A DNA stretch of 62,858 nt from Candidatus Omnitrophota bacterium (GTDB taxonomy: Bacteria > Omnitrophota > Omnitrophia > Omnitrophales > Aquincolibacteriaceae), in NCBI GenBank assembly GCA_041674705.1, contig JBAYVF010000008.1, positions 1 through 62,858 of the forward strand, read 5' to 3'. The notes under the pieces were generated by a model that worked only from the letters and a program-made list of their open reading frames with translations, made no database searches and was not told the DNA's origin. Each line of letters starts with the position of its first letter. Position 1 is the first letter of the stretch. The translations under genes were made by a program, and so were the position numbers. This document shows positions 1-8,645 of this stretch, in pieces.

Positions 1-2
1 CT

Positions 3-3000
3 CCCAGCGGACCCGCAGAGGGAGCATCACGTTCGGTCCTTGAAACAGCGATCGCGAAGCGTTCGGAAGTGCGGGGAGATTTCGACCCGGGAGCGACAAA
101 GGAACCGGGGGAGATAAAAGCTCGCCTGAACGCGGTGCTTTCAGAGATGTTTCGTTGGATTCGTGAAAAGGTTGAAGATCAGACTTTTTCCACATGGAGG
201 CCTGAGGCCGAAGTTCCTAACCGCGAACATGAATACATTCACGGGTTTAGCGCCCCCGGGTATCTGGATCCCGATTACGAAAAAATAAACAAGAGTATCG
301 ATTCTGAATACCTCCCCAGGTTCATCGCGCTTGGTGATCTGGCGATTCCTATCATCACGGAGTTGCTCGCTATTCCTGATGATAGTTCCAATCATTATCT
401 GAGGTTTTCTCTGGAGTATGTCGAATTCGCGTTGATGAAGCGGCAAGTGGAGGCTGGCCTTGCAGCAGTAGGAATTTCGCGGGTGGTGAATCATCCTGCG
501 AAACAAGGCGTTGAAATCGACCATACGATCAAGACGCTCGTGGAGTTATACAAATGGCACAGGGCTGCATGGACGAAACTCCTGGCCTACCTTGGCAAGA
601 AGTCTCAGCTTGATAGGGGCCGTCAGTTTACAGGGATCTATGTCTCACCGAGCGTTACGTTTCATCACATCATGAGCTCGTTCTCTGGGAATGGAGCTTT
701 TGGAGCCAAGAATTTTTGGGTCGTGGCGGTGCCGAGCAAGATCGATCCGCAGACGCTTGACTTCATGCCTGGCAAAGTACGCTTCAGCCGCTCGGAAGTG
801 CGCAATCAGAACACAGACCAGAGACTACAGACAACAGACCAAAGACCAACGACCAAAGACAAAGCTTCAAGTCTCCGGTCTCCCGCCACTAAAGTATCGG
901 CGGGCAGGCCAGTCTCCAGTCTGCTGTCCTCGGTTTTAGCGGTGGTGATGGGGATGATGGCGGTTTCCGTCAGGGCAGCGGAGAACACCCTTGCGGGTAG
1001 GATCCCTGCTTCCGGTCAAAACAAGGTTTCCTCCACCACTATCCAACAGATCTCTTTGACCCAGGCGGAGGTCCACCTGCTTGAAGAAGTGATGAATGAA
1101 GTGCACCCTACGTCCTTCCTGTTCGGCATGATGGATTGGGCCAAGGGCTATTTTAATGCGTTGGGCACAATAAAAACCCATCGTGCTCAGGGAACGCCGG
1201 TTCCAGATCGCGTTGTCACGGTCCGGACTGATTTTCCGCCTTTTGTTGAACGAGGCGTTCTGAAGAGTCTTTTCAAAAAAAGCATGATCGATGCGAAATC
1301 CAGCGCGATCGAAAAAGCTGTGGCGGAAAAATGTCTGATGATCTTTGGAAGGAATTTTAACGAACCCCTTGGGATCGCTTTGAATGATTCTGATTATTAT
1401 GTCCGTATCATTGCGGCTTATATCCTCGGAAAGCAAAATAACGACCCGAGGGCGATCACAAAGCTGTTGGAAATGCTAAAACAAGATAGCCCTTACGTCG
1501 ATCTCAAGTCAGTTCACGCGGGTGCTGCGATCGCAATAGGCGAGATCGGGACAAGAAATGAAGTTCAAAAACTGGTCGATATCGGGATCAATGAAAAAAA
1601 TCCAAAAGTCGGCGGGCTTGTGCTTGCTGCGATCCGTAAAATAGAAAAACGGGAAGGTCTGTCTCCGGTTACGGTCGATCTCCGGGAAAACGTCTCGCCG
1701 TCTGAAGTGTTTTTGGACGATTTTGATATGGGATGGATTAATGGTCTTCCAGACGAAACGACCGCTCATGAGAGGAAATTCCAGAACGCTCTCCTCGGCC
1801 TTCAGGAAAAAGCCGACAACGTCAAAAAAGAGGCCGCCGAAACATTAGGCCGGTTGAAGGATCGGCGCGGTATCCCCGTCCTGATCTGGGCTTTGAAAGA
1901 AGGGGGGGGGAATGAAGTTCGTGCCGCGGCGGCAAAGTCTCTCGGTGAGTTCGGCGACGAACGGGCTATTCATCCTCTGAAAAAGGCCGTTGAATCCGGT
2001 GACGAATCCCTTCGCCAGGCTGCGAAGGAAGCGCTCGAAAAGATCCAATCCTCTTTCCGCTCGGAAATGCGGGTAGATCTTATCTTGATCGCGTTCGTTG
2101 CCTTTTTCGCCATTACCGTCCTTCTTTCCGGGCATGAACTGCGGCATGTGAAAGCGCTTAAAAATAGGGATGAAGGGAGATATGGAAACTATCGAGCGGT
2201 CCTTGCTCAGCGTCTCGCGCAATTTAAGGGTATCGAGAACCCCACCGAAGAACAACTGCTTGCAGGAGCGGTGTGGGCCGCGCCCCAGGCTCCGGCGTTT
2301 TTCGCGGCTTTGGCCGGAGGCTTTGGAGCGTTTTATTTATTCCTGAGCTTGGGAGAAGTTGCTTTAAGCGCCGCTTTATCCTGCTTTGTTGTCTATTCCA
2401 TGGTGAAGTTTGGTGCTATCTCAATCGTGAATCAAGGGAAGTCCGGTCAAGGACCTGAGGATTCAAACCTATCCGATACCGAATCTCGCTCCGAAGTCCG
2501 CTTGCCCCTGCCTACCGGTCAGGCAGGCGCCAACGTTGCAGTGGCGGGGAAGGACGGCCGCGCGGAAGCGCGGGGGCAGCGGAAATGGTTAACGGCAATT
2601 AAAGCTATTCAGGGGTTAATCGTTGCTGTTGTGACTTCCAGAATAATCTGGAGCATTCATCTAATCGCGGCCCGTGGCCAAGAAGAGGCATTGGGAATAG
2701 ACGGTGTTGGATTACTTGGAATTATCATGGCGTGTTTGTTTATGGCGATACCTGCCGGGGTTGTTTTATTGCTGCCTTTTTTTGCTTGGAGTGGATTCCT
2801 GGATTACTTGTTTAAAAAATTCCCTACTCGATGGATCCCGGAAGGTTTCTCCCGAGACGATTTAAGGCGGCACTTACCTGTATTGGGCCATCTTTGGGAT
2901 AGCTTAAGGCTTTTGAAATGGGCGTCTTTACGGGACTCCGCAATGTTGCTTGCCATTGAAAATCATGATACCGACAAATTAGTTTCATTGGGTCATCCTC

Positions 3001-6000
3001 GAGCGATCAGATTTATGGCAAACGATGAATGGCTCGAATGGGATGCCAGCGCTAAAGACATTTGGAATGCGATGGCACTGCTCGAAAAATTTAATGCTAA
3101 AGAAAGAGATAAAACCAAAGCGCGTGAAATTTTTATAAAACACTTAACGTATGCCGCCTATAAAAATGAACATATTGGCGATCTTCATGAAACCGCTGCA
3201 CTGCTGAAAATGCTTAAGGCCACAGCTTTGCAAATAAGCGGTGCGGTCTCTCTGGTGCTTTCAACCTGTTCGAACCTCCTTCAGAACGATGGGAAAAATA
3301 TTTTTGAAAAGGTCTTGGAAGTAAAAGGAGCGACACCATCTTTCTTAAGAGAATATTTCCAAATGTATAAAGCCGGAATTTATGACCCCATTGTCAAGCT
3401 TGGATTGCCACCTGAACAAACGGTTCGTGATATCACCAAAGCTCTCAATCGCACAAAAATTTCCGTTATCCCAGCGGTTACAAGGGAGGAATATGAAGAG
3501 GAGACAGGGTATAACCAAGGCGGTCCTTCGACAGTAGAGGTTACCATTATACCTCGAGAAGAAAAGATCGATCTTGAACCGGCGATAAAAGAAGCGCAAA
3601 GAATTGTGGCAGAAGCAACAGGTCGTTCCGAAATGCGGACTTATCAGACACCCGTTATTTCTCAGATTCCAGCGGGTGATGCGAGCAATTTGACGGCAAA
3701 GATCGGGACGGCGATCCGAGTGGCGGCGAATACGCACCGCTCCGAAGTTCGGGGAAATCTGAGCGCTAAACCCTCTACGCTATTCGCTAAAAGGCTAATG
3801 CTGGCGGCGGTGATGGAAATGATGGCAATTTCCGGATTGGTGGGATGCGTATCATTCCGCCAGGCGACCCGTTTTGTTCCGGGCCCGACCAATTCTGCGA
3901 TGGTTCAGGCAGGGTCTCAGGTTTCTTCTCAGAGGATTTTGACCCGGGCCGAAGAGAAAAGATTTCGAGAGGCGATCAAAGGTTTAAAAGCCGAGCGTTC
4001 CTGGGACCAGGCAGACGCAGTAAAAGCGCTTGTTGCCTTGAAAGATCCACGTGCTATCCCCGAGCTGATCAAGTTACTGGATGCATCCACCGATGAGGAC
4101 TATTTTTATCACAACGAAGTGGTGAGCGCGATCGTTAAGCTGAAAGATTCTCAAACTGCTCCAAAGTTGATCGAGGCATTAAAAGATAAATCAGGGTCGG
4201 TGCGAAGCAACGCAGCCAAAGCGCTTACGGAGCTGAAAGATCCTCGAGCTTTCCTTGCATTGATTGAAGCCTTAAATGATGAGGACTATAAAGTTCGGGC
4301 TGCCGCCGCTGAGGCCCTTGGCGCTTTGAAGGATCCCAAGGCTGTTCCCGCGTTGCTCGTGAAATTAAAAGATGAATCATGGTGGGTCCGCAGCAACGCC
4401 GCCGATGCTCTTGGCGCGATAAAAGATTCCCGGGCTACCCCAGGGCTGGGCGAGGCCGTAAAAGATGAAAAAATGGGGGTTTTCATAAGCGCCGCGAAAG
4501 CCCTTTTGGAGATCGGAGATTTCGAGGCTATTTCTGTATTATTGTCAGCTTTAAAAGATCGCGAATATGACAATCTTTATACCGGCCTGTTCAGACAGAA
4601 AGCTCTGGAGAAGATCATGGGCTTTCTCGAAGACCCCCGCGCTATTCCTTTGGCGGTCGAGGCATCCAAGGATAAGGAAGATAATGTCCGCAATACTGCA
4701 GTGGAAGTGCTGAGACAGATCCGGAAGGCTGAGTCGGAGAGAAAAAAACAGAGCTCGCCGACGTCCGTGGATGCAAATGAAAAAGCCGAAGCCCGCTCGG
4801 AAACTCGCTCCCCAAGTTTCCGCACTGAGAGTGACGGCAAGGTCGGCACCGTACGTGCCGAAGTCCGCTTGATGCCCGAGCAACTGCATACGGCTGCCAC
4901 GGCGATTTTTGCCATTTCTTCTCTTTTGACCGTGTATTTTTCAGGGTCTCTTTTGTGGAAAGCAGTCAAGTTCAGAACGGGTAAATTTACCGCCTCTGAT
5001 CGTGAAATCGCACTGGCGAGAAGCTATCTGGCTCAAAAGGGGCTCCCATTCTATGTCGGGAAAAATATCGACCTTTTATTCAACGTCCTTCGTTATTACA
5101 TCGAAACGGATCCAAGATTGGCAAGAGGGTTTTTGCCTGTTGCTGTTCTGATGTATTACGGAATGATTAATGGGCCTAATTCGATCGGAGCTGTCTTGCT
5201 TGGCGGAAGCGTTATTGTCGCGTTTGCTTACGGGAAATTCCTGAAGTGGATCGCCGCGCATATCGCGAGCCCGGACGATCTTGACGTGAATCAATATGAC
5301 CGTCCTCGTGGTCGCTCCGAAGAAACCGGACGCCGTCCGGAGGGAAAGGGTAAAGAAGCCCGCTCGGAAATGAGAAATGATGAGCCCGACCTTGCGTTAT
5401 TGGGGGCTGTTATTAAAAGCATGGCTTATGGCTCGCCGGAGGCTGATGGCTTGCCGGTTCAGCTTGAAGAATTGTCAAGGTCGACCTTGTTATATATTTT
5501 TAAAGATCGTGATTGGGTTGCTCTTTCGGTAAAAAAAGGAATCAGCATGGCGGATAGTGAGCGCGATTCTGAAGGACTAGAGCCGGTCGGCGATGATGAG
5601 GCTAATGTCGAACAATCTATTCGAAAGATAAGGCAGCGCTTTGCCGACAGGCTCCGTGAGATTAGTCGGACGCCGAAGGCAATACGTGAGTGGAGATTTT
5701 TTGCGGAGGGGCCCGGAAAGAGCGGAGTTAATCTGCCAGGTTTGAAGCGGGAGGTACAATCCTTGGCAACGTTTACACCTGAAATTATAAGAGAATCCGA
5801 GGTTTTTCCGAATTTATCCCGAGAAACACTTATGGCTTTCTTTCTTGAGGATAAAGCGAGAGTTCGCAGATGGATAAGCGCAAACTTGCTCTCCCTCGAA
5901 GTTCCGGGCGCAATCTACGAAGCTGAGGATCGCCGTAAAGCGGTCGAAGATCGGATCGCGGCTAAGCTCGTTGACATGAGTACAACGACTTCTGAATTAA

Positions 6001-7430
6001 TGGAGCTCACCGAGCTGAAGGGAGAAGGGTTGTACGAAAATGGGGAGCTTTTTGAGAAATTAGCTAAAAGCCTGCCTTATTTTACCTATGCTCAGGCCTT
6101 TCTTGCTCAAGATTTTCCGGGTCGCGCCTTGGCCATCGCTAAGATCGATGAGTTTTATCAAAGGCAAGATATTAACGATCAAACAAAGGCTGAGATTACG
6201 GCGAGATTGAGTGAATTTCTTAAAAAAGAAGATCCGAATTTACTCAATCTGATGAATAGTCTTTTGAAAAGAAGCCAGGGGGCTTTTTACCTTAGGGGAA
6301 ATCCAGGTATGCCGGGTCAAAAGAAAACGGTTACCATCGAGATTCAAACTATCACTCGTGCGTTTCTCGAGCTTCTGAAGGGCGTATCCGATATAAAAGT
6401 GCTTAAAGCTTTAACTTCGGCGCTCATTCAATTACTTAGATACAGCCTTCTTTACGGACCTGCCGATGTTAAGGCCGATATTAAAGAGGCTCTCATCCGA
6501 TTTGACGATCGAGCCAAATCTGAAAGAATTCCTTTGAATATTTATGATCACATGGAAGCAGGAATTAAGGCGGAAATGCGGTCGGAGGTACGATCGAATG
6601 AAAAGCCGAATCGGAAAGCGCTTGATTGGGTAGTTTATCCGAAGCGAAATGCGTTGGAAACGATTGGAATTGACAAAAGCAGCATAGGCGCGAAGATCGG
6701 GACGGCGATCCGGGTAGCGGCGAATACGGTTTCGCCGCTGCTCTCAAGTAAGCCGGCGTATGCCTCAGAGATCGCGCCGCAGGTTTTTGCCGGGACAAGT
6801 CATTTTCAGAAGGTGACGGTGGTGCCTCCGGCGTTGGCGGCAAAATGGCCGGTTCTGAGTAAGATCATTGGCTCTTCCGCAACCGCTTCGACTGAGCGCA
6901 TGGTCATCGACCAGCGGCAGGGGATCCCTGATGCGGCGAGCCTACTGCCCTTGGTCACTTTCGCCGCTTACAATCCGAAAGCGAGCGTGGTGCTTGCCTT
7001 GATCGCGGATGCTTCTGATGTGGAGGCTTTTATTAAAGAGCTTGCGGCCTTGAGTCCGAAGGGCGCTCTTCCGCAAAATTTTAAGGTAAAAGCATTCGCC
7101 AACGAAAATGAATTCGTCCGGGCCTTTGCCGGATTCTATAACGATGCAGCTCCGCTTGGACAATCCGTGGCGCTTGTGACGGATCGCGAGAATTCGATCG
7201 TGACGAAGAAGATCGGTTCGCGCAAGAAGCTTTTGAGCGTGGTCGGTGCCACGAGTCCGTTGAAGCAGACTGCGTCGACGCTTCTGGCCGCGGACAAACT
7301 CCTCAATGAGGCGATCTGGTCTTTGGGGTATCACTTCGTGTCAGTCGAGAAACTCGGCGGTCTGGAGGCCCTCATGGCCGAATTGACGAGCTATGTCGCC
7401 ACCCAGGCGAAGGTATTGGCCTCAGCGTAG
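3..7430 (+). CDS. Giant modular protein G1, 5'-partial: HEAT/PBS-lyase-like repeat modules, TM segments, unknown helical modules and a C-terminal domain, separated by RSExR linkers
   Basis: The ORF track gives 69..7430, but the same frame is open from position 3 (PSGPAEGASRSVLETAIAKRSEVR...) with no stop, and the GTG at 69 is the V of an RSEVR motif. HEAT-like repeats (e.g. VRAAAAKSLGEFGDERAIHPL, VRSNAAKALTELKDPRAFLAL). 11 R[SA]ExR motifs. Ends ..ATQAKVLASA*. Confidence 0.9.
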   Translation, partial: PSGPAEGASRSVLETAIAKRSEVRGDFDPGATKEPGEIKARLNAVLSEMFRWIREKVEDQTFSTWRPEAEVPNREHEYIHGFSAPGYLDPDYEKINKSIDSEYLPRFIALGDLAIPIITELLAIPDDSSNHYLRFSLEYVEFALMKRQVEAGLAAVGISRVVNHPAKQGVEIDHTIKTLVELYKWHRAAWTKLLAYLGKKSQLDRGRQFTGIYVSPSVTFHHIMSSFSGNGAFGAKNFWVVAVPSKIDPQTLDFMPGKVRFSRSEVRNQNTDQRLQTTDQRPTTKDKASSLRSPATKVSAGRPVSSLLSSVLAVVMGMMAVSVRAAENTLAGRIPASGQNKVSSTTIQQISLTQAEVHLLEEVMNEVHPTSFLFGMMDWAKGYFNALGTIKTHRAQGTPVPDRVVTVRTDFPPFVERGVLKSLFKKSMIDAKSSAIEKAVAEKCLMIFGRNFNEPLGIALNDSDYYVRIIAAYILGKQNNDPRAITKLLEMLKQDSPYVDLKSVHAGAAIAIGEIGTRNEVQKLVDIGINEKNPKVGGLVLAAIRKIEKREGLSPVTVDLRENVSPSEVFLDDFDMGWINGLPDETTAHERKFQNALLGLQEKADNVKKEAAETLGRLKDRRGIPVLIWALKEGGGNEVRAAAAKSLGEFGDERAIHPLKKAVESGDESLRQAAKEALEKIQSSFRSEMRVDLILIAFVAFFAITVLLSGHELRHVKALKNRDEGRYGNYRAVLAQRLAQFKGIENPTEEQLLAGAVWAAPQAPAFFAALAGGFGAFYLFLSLGEVALSAALSCFVVYSMVKFGAISIVNQGKSGQGPEDSNLSDTESRSEVRLPLPTGQAGANVAVAGKDGRAEARGQRKWLTAIKAIQGLIVAVVTSRIIWSIHLIAARGQEEALGIDGVGLLGIIMACLFMAIPAGVVLLLPFFAWSGFLDYLFKKFPTRWIPEGFSRDDLRRHLPVLGHLWDSLRLLKWASLRDSAMLLAIENHDTDKLVSLGHPRAIRFMANDEWLEWDASAKDIWNAMALLEKFNAKERDKTKAREIFIKHLTYAAYKNEHIGDLHETAALLKMLKATALQISGAVSLVLSTCSNLLQNDGKNIFEKVLEVKGATPSFLREYFQMYKAGIYDPIVKLGLPPEQTVRDITKALNRTKISVIPAVTREEYEEETGYNQGGPSTVEVTIIPREEKIDLEPAIKEAQRIVAEATGRSEMRTYQTPVISQIPAGDASNLTAKIGTAIRVAANTHRSEVRGNLSAKPSTLFAKRLMLAAVMEMMAISGLVGCVSFRQATRFVPGPTNSAMVQAGSQVSSQRILTRAEEKRFREAIKGLKAERSWDQADAVKALVALKDPRAIPELIKLLDASTDEDYFYHNEVVSAIVKLKDSQTAPKLIEALKDKSGSVRSNAAKALTELKDPRAFLALIEALNDEDYKVRAAAAEALGALKDPKAVPALLVKLKDESWWVRSNAADALGAIKDSRATPGLGEAVKDEKMGVFISAAKALLEIGDFEAISVLLSALKDREYDNLYTGLFRQKALEKIMGFLEDPRAIPLAVEASKDKEDNVRNTAVEVLRQIRKAESERKKQSSPTSVDANEKAEARSETRSPSFRTESDGKVGTVRAEVRLMPEQLHTAATAIFAISSLLTVYFSGSLLWKAVKFRTGKFTASDREIALARSYLAQKGLPFYVGKNIDLLFNVLRYYIETDPRLARGFLPVAVLMYYGMINGPNSIGAVLLGGSVIVAFAYGKFLKWIAAHIASPDDLDVNQYDRPRGRSEETGRRPEGKGKEARSEMRNDEPDLALLGAVIKSMAYGSPEADGLPVQLEELSRSTLLYIFKDRDWVALSVKKGISMADSERDSEGLEPVGDDEANVEQSIRKIRQRFADRLREISRTPKAIREWRFFAEGPGKSGVNLPGLKREVQSLATFTPEIIRESEVFPNLSRETLMAFFLEDKARVRRWISANLLSLEVPGAIYEAEDRRKAVEDRIAAKLVDMSTTTSELMELTELKGEGLYENGELFEKLAKSLPYFTYAQAFLAQDFPGRALAIAKIDEFYQRQDINDQTKAEITARLSEFLKKEDPNLLNLMNSLLKRSQGAFYLRGNPGMPGQKKTVTIEIQTITRAFLELLKGVSDIKVLKALTSALIQLLRYSLLYGPADVKADIKEALIRFDDRAKSERIPLNIYDHMEAGIKAEMRSEVRSNEKPNRKALDWVVYPKRNALETIGIDKSSIGAKIGTAIRVAANTVSPLLSSKPAYASEIAPQVFAGTSHFQKVTVVPPALAAKWPVLSKIIGSSATASTERMVIDQRQGIPDAASLLPLVTFAAYNPKASVVLALIADASDVEAFIKELAALSPKGALPQNFKVKAFANENEFVRAFAGFYNDAAPLGQSVALVTDRENSIVTKKIGSRKKLLSVVGATSPLKQTASTLLAADKLLNEAIWSLGYHFVSVEKLGGLEALMAELTSYVATQAKVLASA
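807..934. repeat. Heptamer-based degenerate inverted repeat inserted in frame in G1
   Basis: Eight 7-mers (CAGAACA CAGACCA GAGACTA CAGACAA CAGACCA AAGACCA ACGACCA AAGACAA) followed by complementary-type arms (AGTCTCCGGTCTCC, AGTCTCCAGTCTG). Starts 3 nt after RSEVR 789-803. Confidence 0.7.
1380..2050 (+). other. HEAT-repeat module 1 in G1
   Basis: Repeated 'VR..AA..LG...D.RAI..L' units (DSDYYVRIIAAYILG, KKEAAETLGRLKDRRGIPVL, EVRAAAAKSLGEFGDERAI). Confidence 0.8.
2507..2527. repeat. REP-like hairpin CCTGCCT-ACCGGTC-AGGCAGG, in frame in G1
   Basis: Perfect 7-bp arms, directly after RSEVR 2487-2501. Encodes LPTGQAG. Confidence 0.55.
3960..4730 (+). other. HEAT-repeat module 2 in G1
   Basis: About 7 tandem ~31-aa units (DKSGSVRSNAAKALTELKDP, DEDYKVRAAAAEALGALKDP, DESWWVRSNAADALGAIKDS). 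Confidence 0.85.
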
Positions 7431-7524
7431 TGAATTTCATTGAATTCACACGCTGAGGTATTTGCACAAAGGTGCAAATGCCTTAGGCGTAGCGGATTAT
7501 CGAAAAATCCGCGTCAAAATTTCG

Positions 7525-7561
7525 ACCCTGTACACACCCGGTGTGTACTGGGTGTTTTTTT
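7525..7561 (+). terminator. Putative intrinsic terminator downstream of G1
   Basis: Stem GTACACAC/GTGTGTAC (7530-7548), extendable by ACCC/GGGT, followed by a T-run at 7555-7561. It lies between convergent G1 and hicA. Confidence 0.5.
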
Positions 7562-7585
7562 GGGGGGGCAGGTGAGGAGGAGGTT

Positions 7586-7817
7586 TTATTTCAGAAGATC
7601 GGTGAATTCTTCGGGCGCGATACGGGCGCCGCGAAGGATGGCACGCAGCGTGCCGGGTTTGACGGTTTTAGAGCCGTGAACCGGAACAATGGCGCGTCGG
7701 TTGAGATCGGTGTGATGGCGCAGAACAGCGTGACTCCCGGATTGACGTAGAAGAATAAACCCGGCTTTCTGAAGGGCGCGTCACGCGGCGGCCGCTGACT
7801 TGGGGAACGAAGGGCAT
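7586..7817 (-). pseudogene. hicA: HicA-family mRNA interferase toxin, frameshifted near the 5' end
   Basis: ATG at 7817 gives MPFVPQVSGRRVT; another frame continues RALQKAGFILLRQSGSHAVLRHHTDLNRRAIVPVHGSKTVKPGTLRAILRGARIAPEEFTDLLK* (HicA GSH, VPxH and GTL..IL motifs). Length is 232 nt, and restoring one CG in GTGACGCGCCC gives 78 codons. Not in the ORF track. Confidence 0.8.
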
Positions 7818-7820
7818 GAC

Positions 7821-8045
7821 TCAGGCTTTATTAAAAGGGACCGAAACATCGCGGATCATTACGTGAGATTTTTGCAGAGACTCGCGATCCTGTTTCACAG
7901 ACCAGCAGTAAAGGTGAATGGCTTCCTTGATGTTCTTGATCGCTTTCTGGCGGGTCTCGCCCTGCGAGGCGCATCCGGGGAGTTCCGGAACGTAAACGGA
8001 ATAACCGCCCCCTTGCTCTTTCTCCAAAACAACCTTGTATTTCAT
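7821..8045 (-). CDS. hicB: HicB-family antitoxin (UPF0150-type, short)
   Basis: MKYKVVLEKEQGGGYSVYVPELPGCASQGETRQKAIKNIKEAIHLY is the HicB signature. ATG 8045 has GGAG upstream (preferred over 8078). Its stop is 3 nt from the hicA start. Confidence 0.9.
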   Translation of the reverse strand: MKYKVVLEKEQGGGYSVYVPELPGCASQGETRQKAIKNIKEAIHLYCWSVKQDRESLQKSHVMIRDVSVPFNKA

Positions 8046-8094
8046 AAAGACATCTCCGCGGCTAATTTTTTTTCGCATCGTTGCTTCTTTTGAG

Positions 8095-8123
8095 ATTATA
8101 GCCCAGTCCTTCGTGCCCGTCCA
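8095..8123 (-). promoter_or_regulatory. Putative sigma70 promoter for hicBA
   Basis: Minus strand TGGACG-17 nt-TATAAT, ~50 nt upstream of the hicB ATG. Confidence 0.5.
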
Positions 8124-8184
8124 ATCAGCTCGAAAGGCGAAGTAAGCTTTGCGCTATGCAGGGATCTTGGCGTGAGAGACACAA

Positions 8185-8213
8185 ACCTATCCGACCTCCG
8201 AGGTCGGATGGGT
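8185..8213. repeat. GC-rich palindrome (REP-like)
   Basis: ACCTATCCGACCTC-C-GAGGTCGGATGGGT: 14-bp arms with one G:U-type mismatch. Confidence 0.55.
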
Positions 8214-8509
8214 AAATTTGAAAGGCAGGATTTTTTTCGAAGATTTTCCTGCCGCAATTTGGAGCTGTTCCGTTTTTGAAATTAGTTTCTTCAGCTGATT
8301 AAAACGAATTCATTTTAAAAAACTTTTTATCAATACGATAAATATGTTTATTGTGTAAGCCGTTTTTTAGTCAAAAAAAGGTCATTTTTCGTGTTTTCTA
8401 ATGCTATAAGAAATGCTATGGAATGTTAAAAAAGTTCATATTTTTTTAAGGAGTATCATAACCAATTGATTGATAATGGGTTACATCATTAAAAATCTTT
8501 TAGGTTTGC

Positions 8510-8538
8510 TTGACTTGGGAGCTTCCATTGGGTATATT
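8510..8538 (+). promoter_or_regulatory. Putative sigma70 promoter for G2
   Basis: TTGACT-17 nt-TATATT in an AT-rich intergenic region, ~108 nt before the ATG at 8646. SD-like GAGGA at 8631-8635. Confidence 0.65.
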
Positions 8539-8645
8539 TCTATTGAGGTTAGTAAGGCTTTAAAATAAGTTTTATATCGTAGTGACTTAGAAGCTTTGGA
8601 ATACAAGATCAGTTCTAATCGGCTTTAAGAGAGGACGGCAATCCG

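Noticed and set aside
69-71. GTG at 69 as the start of G1
   Set aside because: The frame is open to the window edge, there is no RBS or signal peptide, and the GTG is the Val of an RSEVR linker.
8046-8078. hicB start at 8078
   Set aside because: The ATG at 8045 has a GGAG SD and matches the typical HicB N-terminus.
7440-8093. Plus-strand ORFs 7440-7679, 7541-7750 and 7800-8093
   Set aside because: They are antisense shadows of the hicA/hicB pair.
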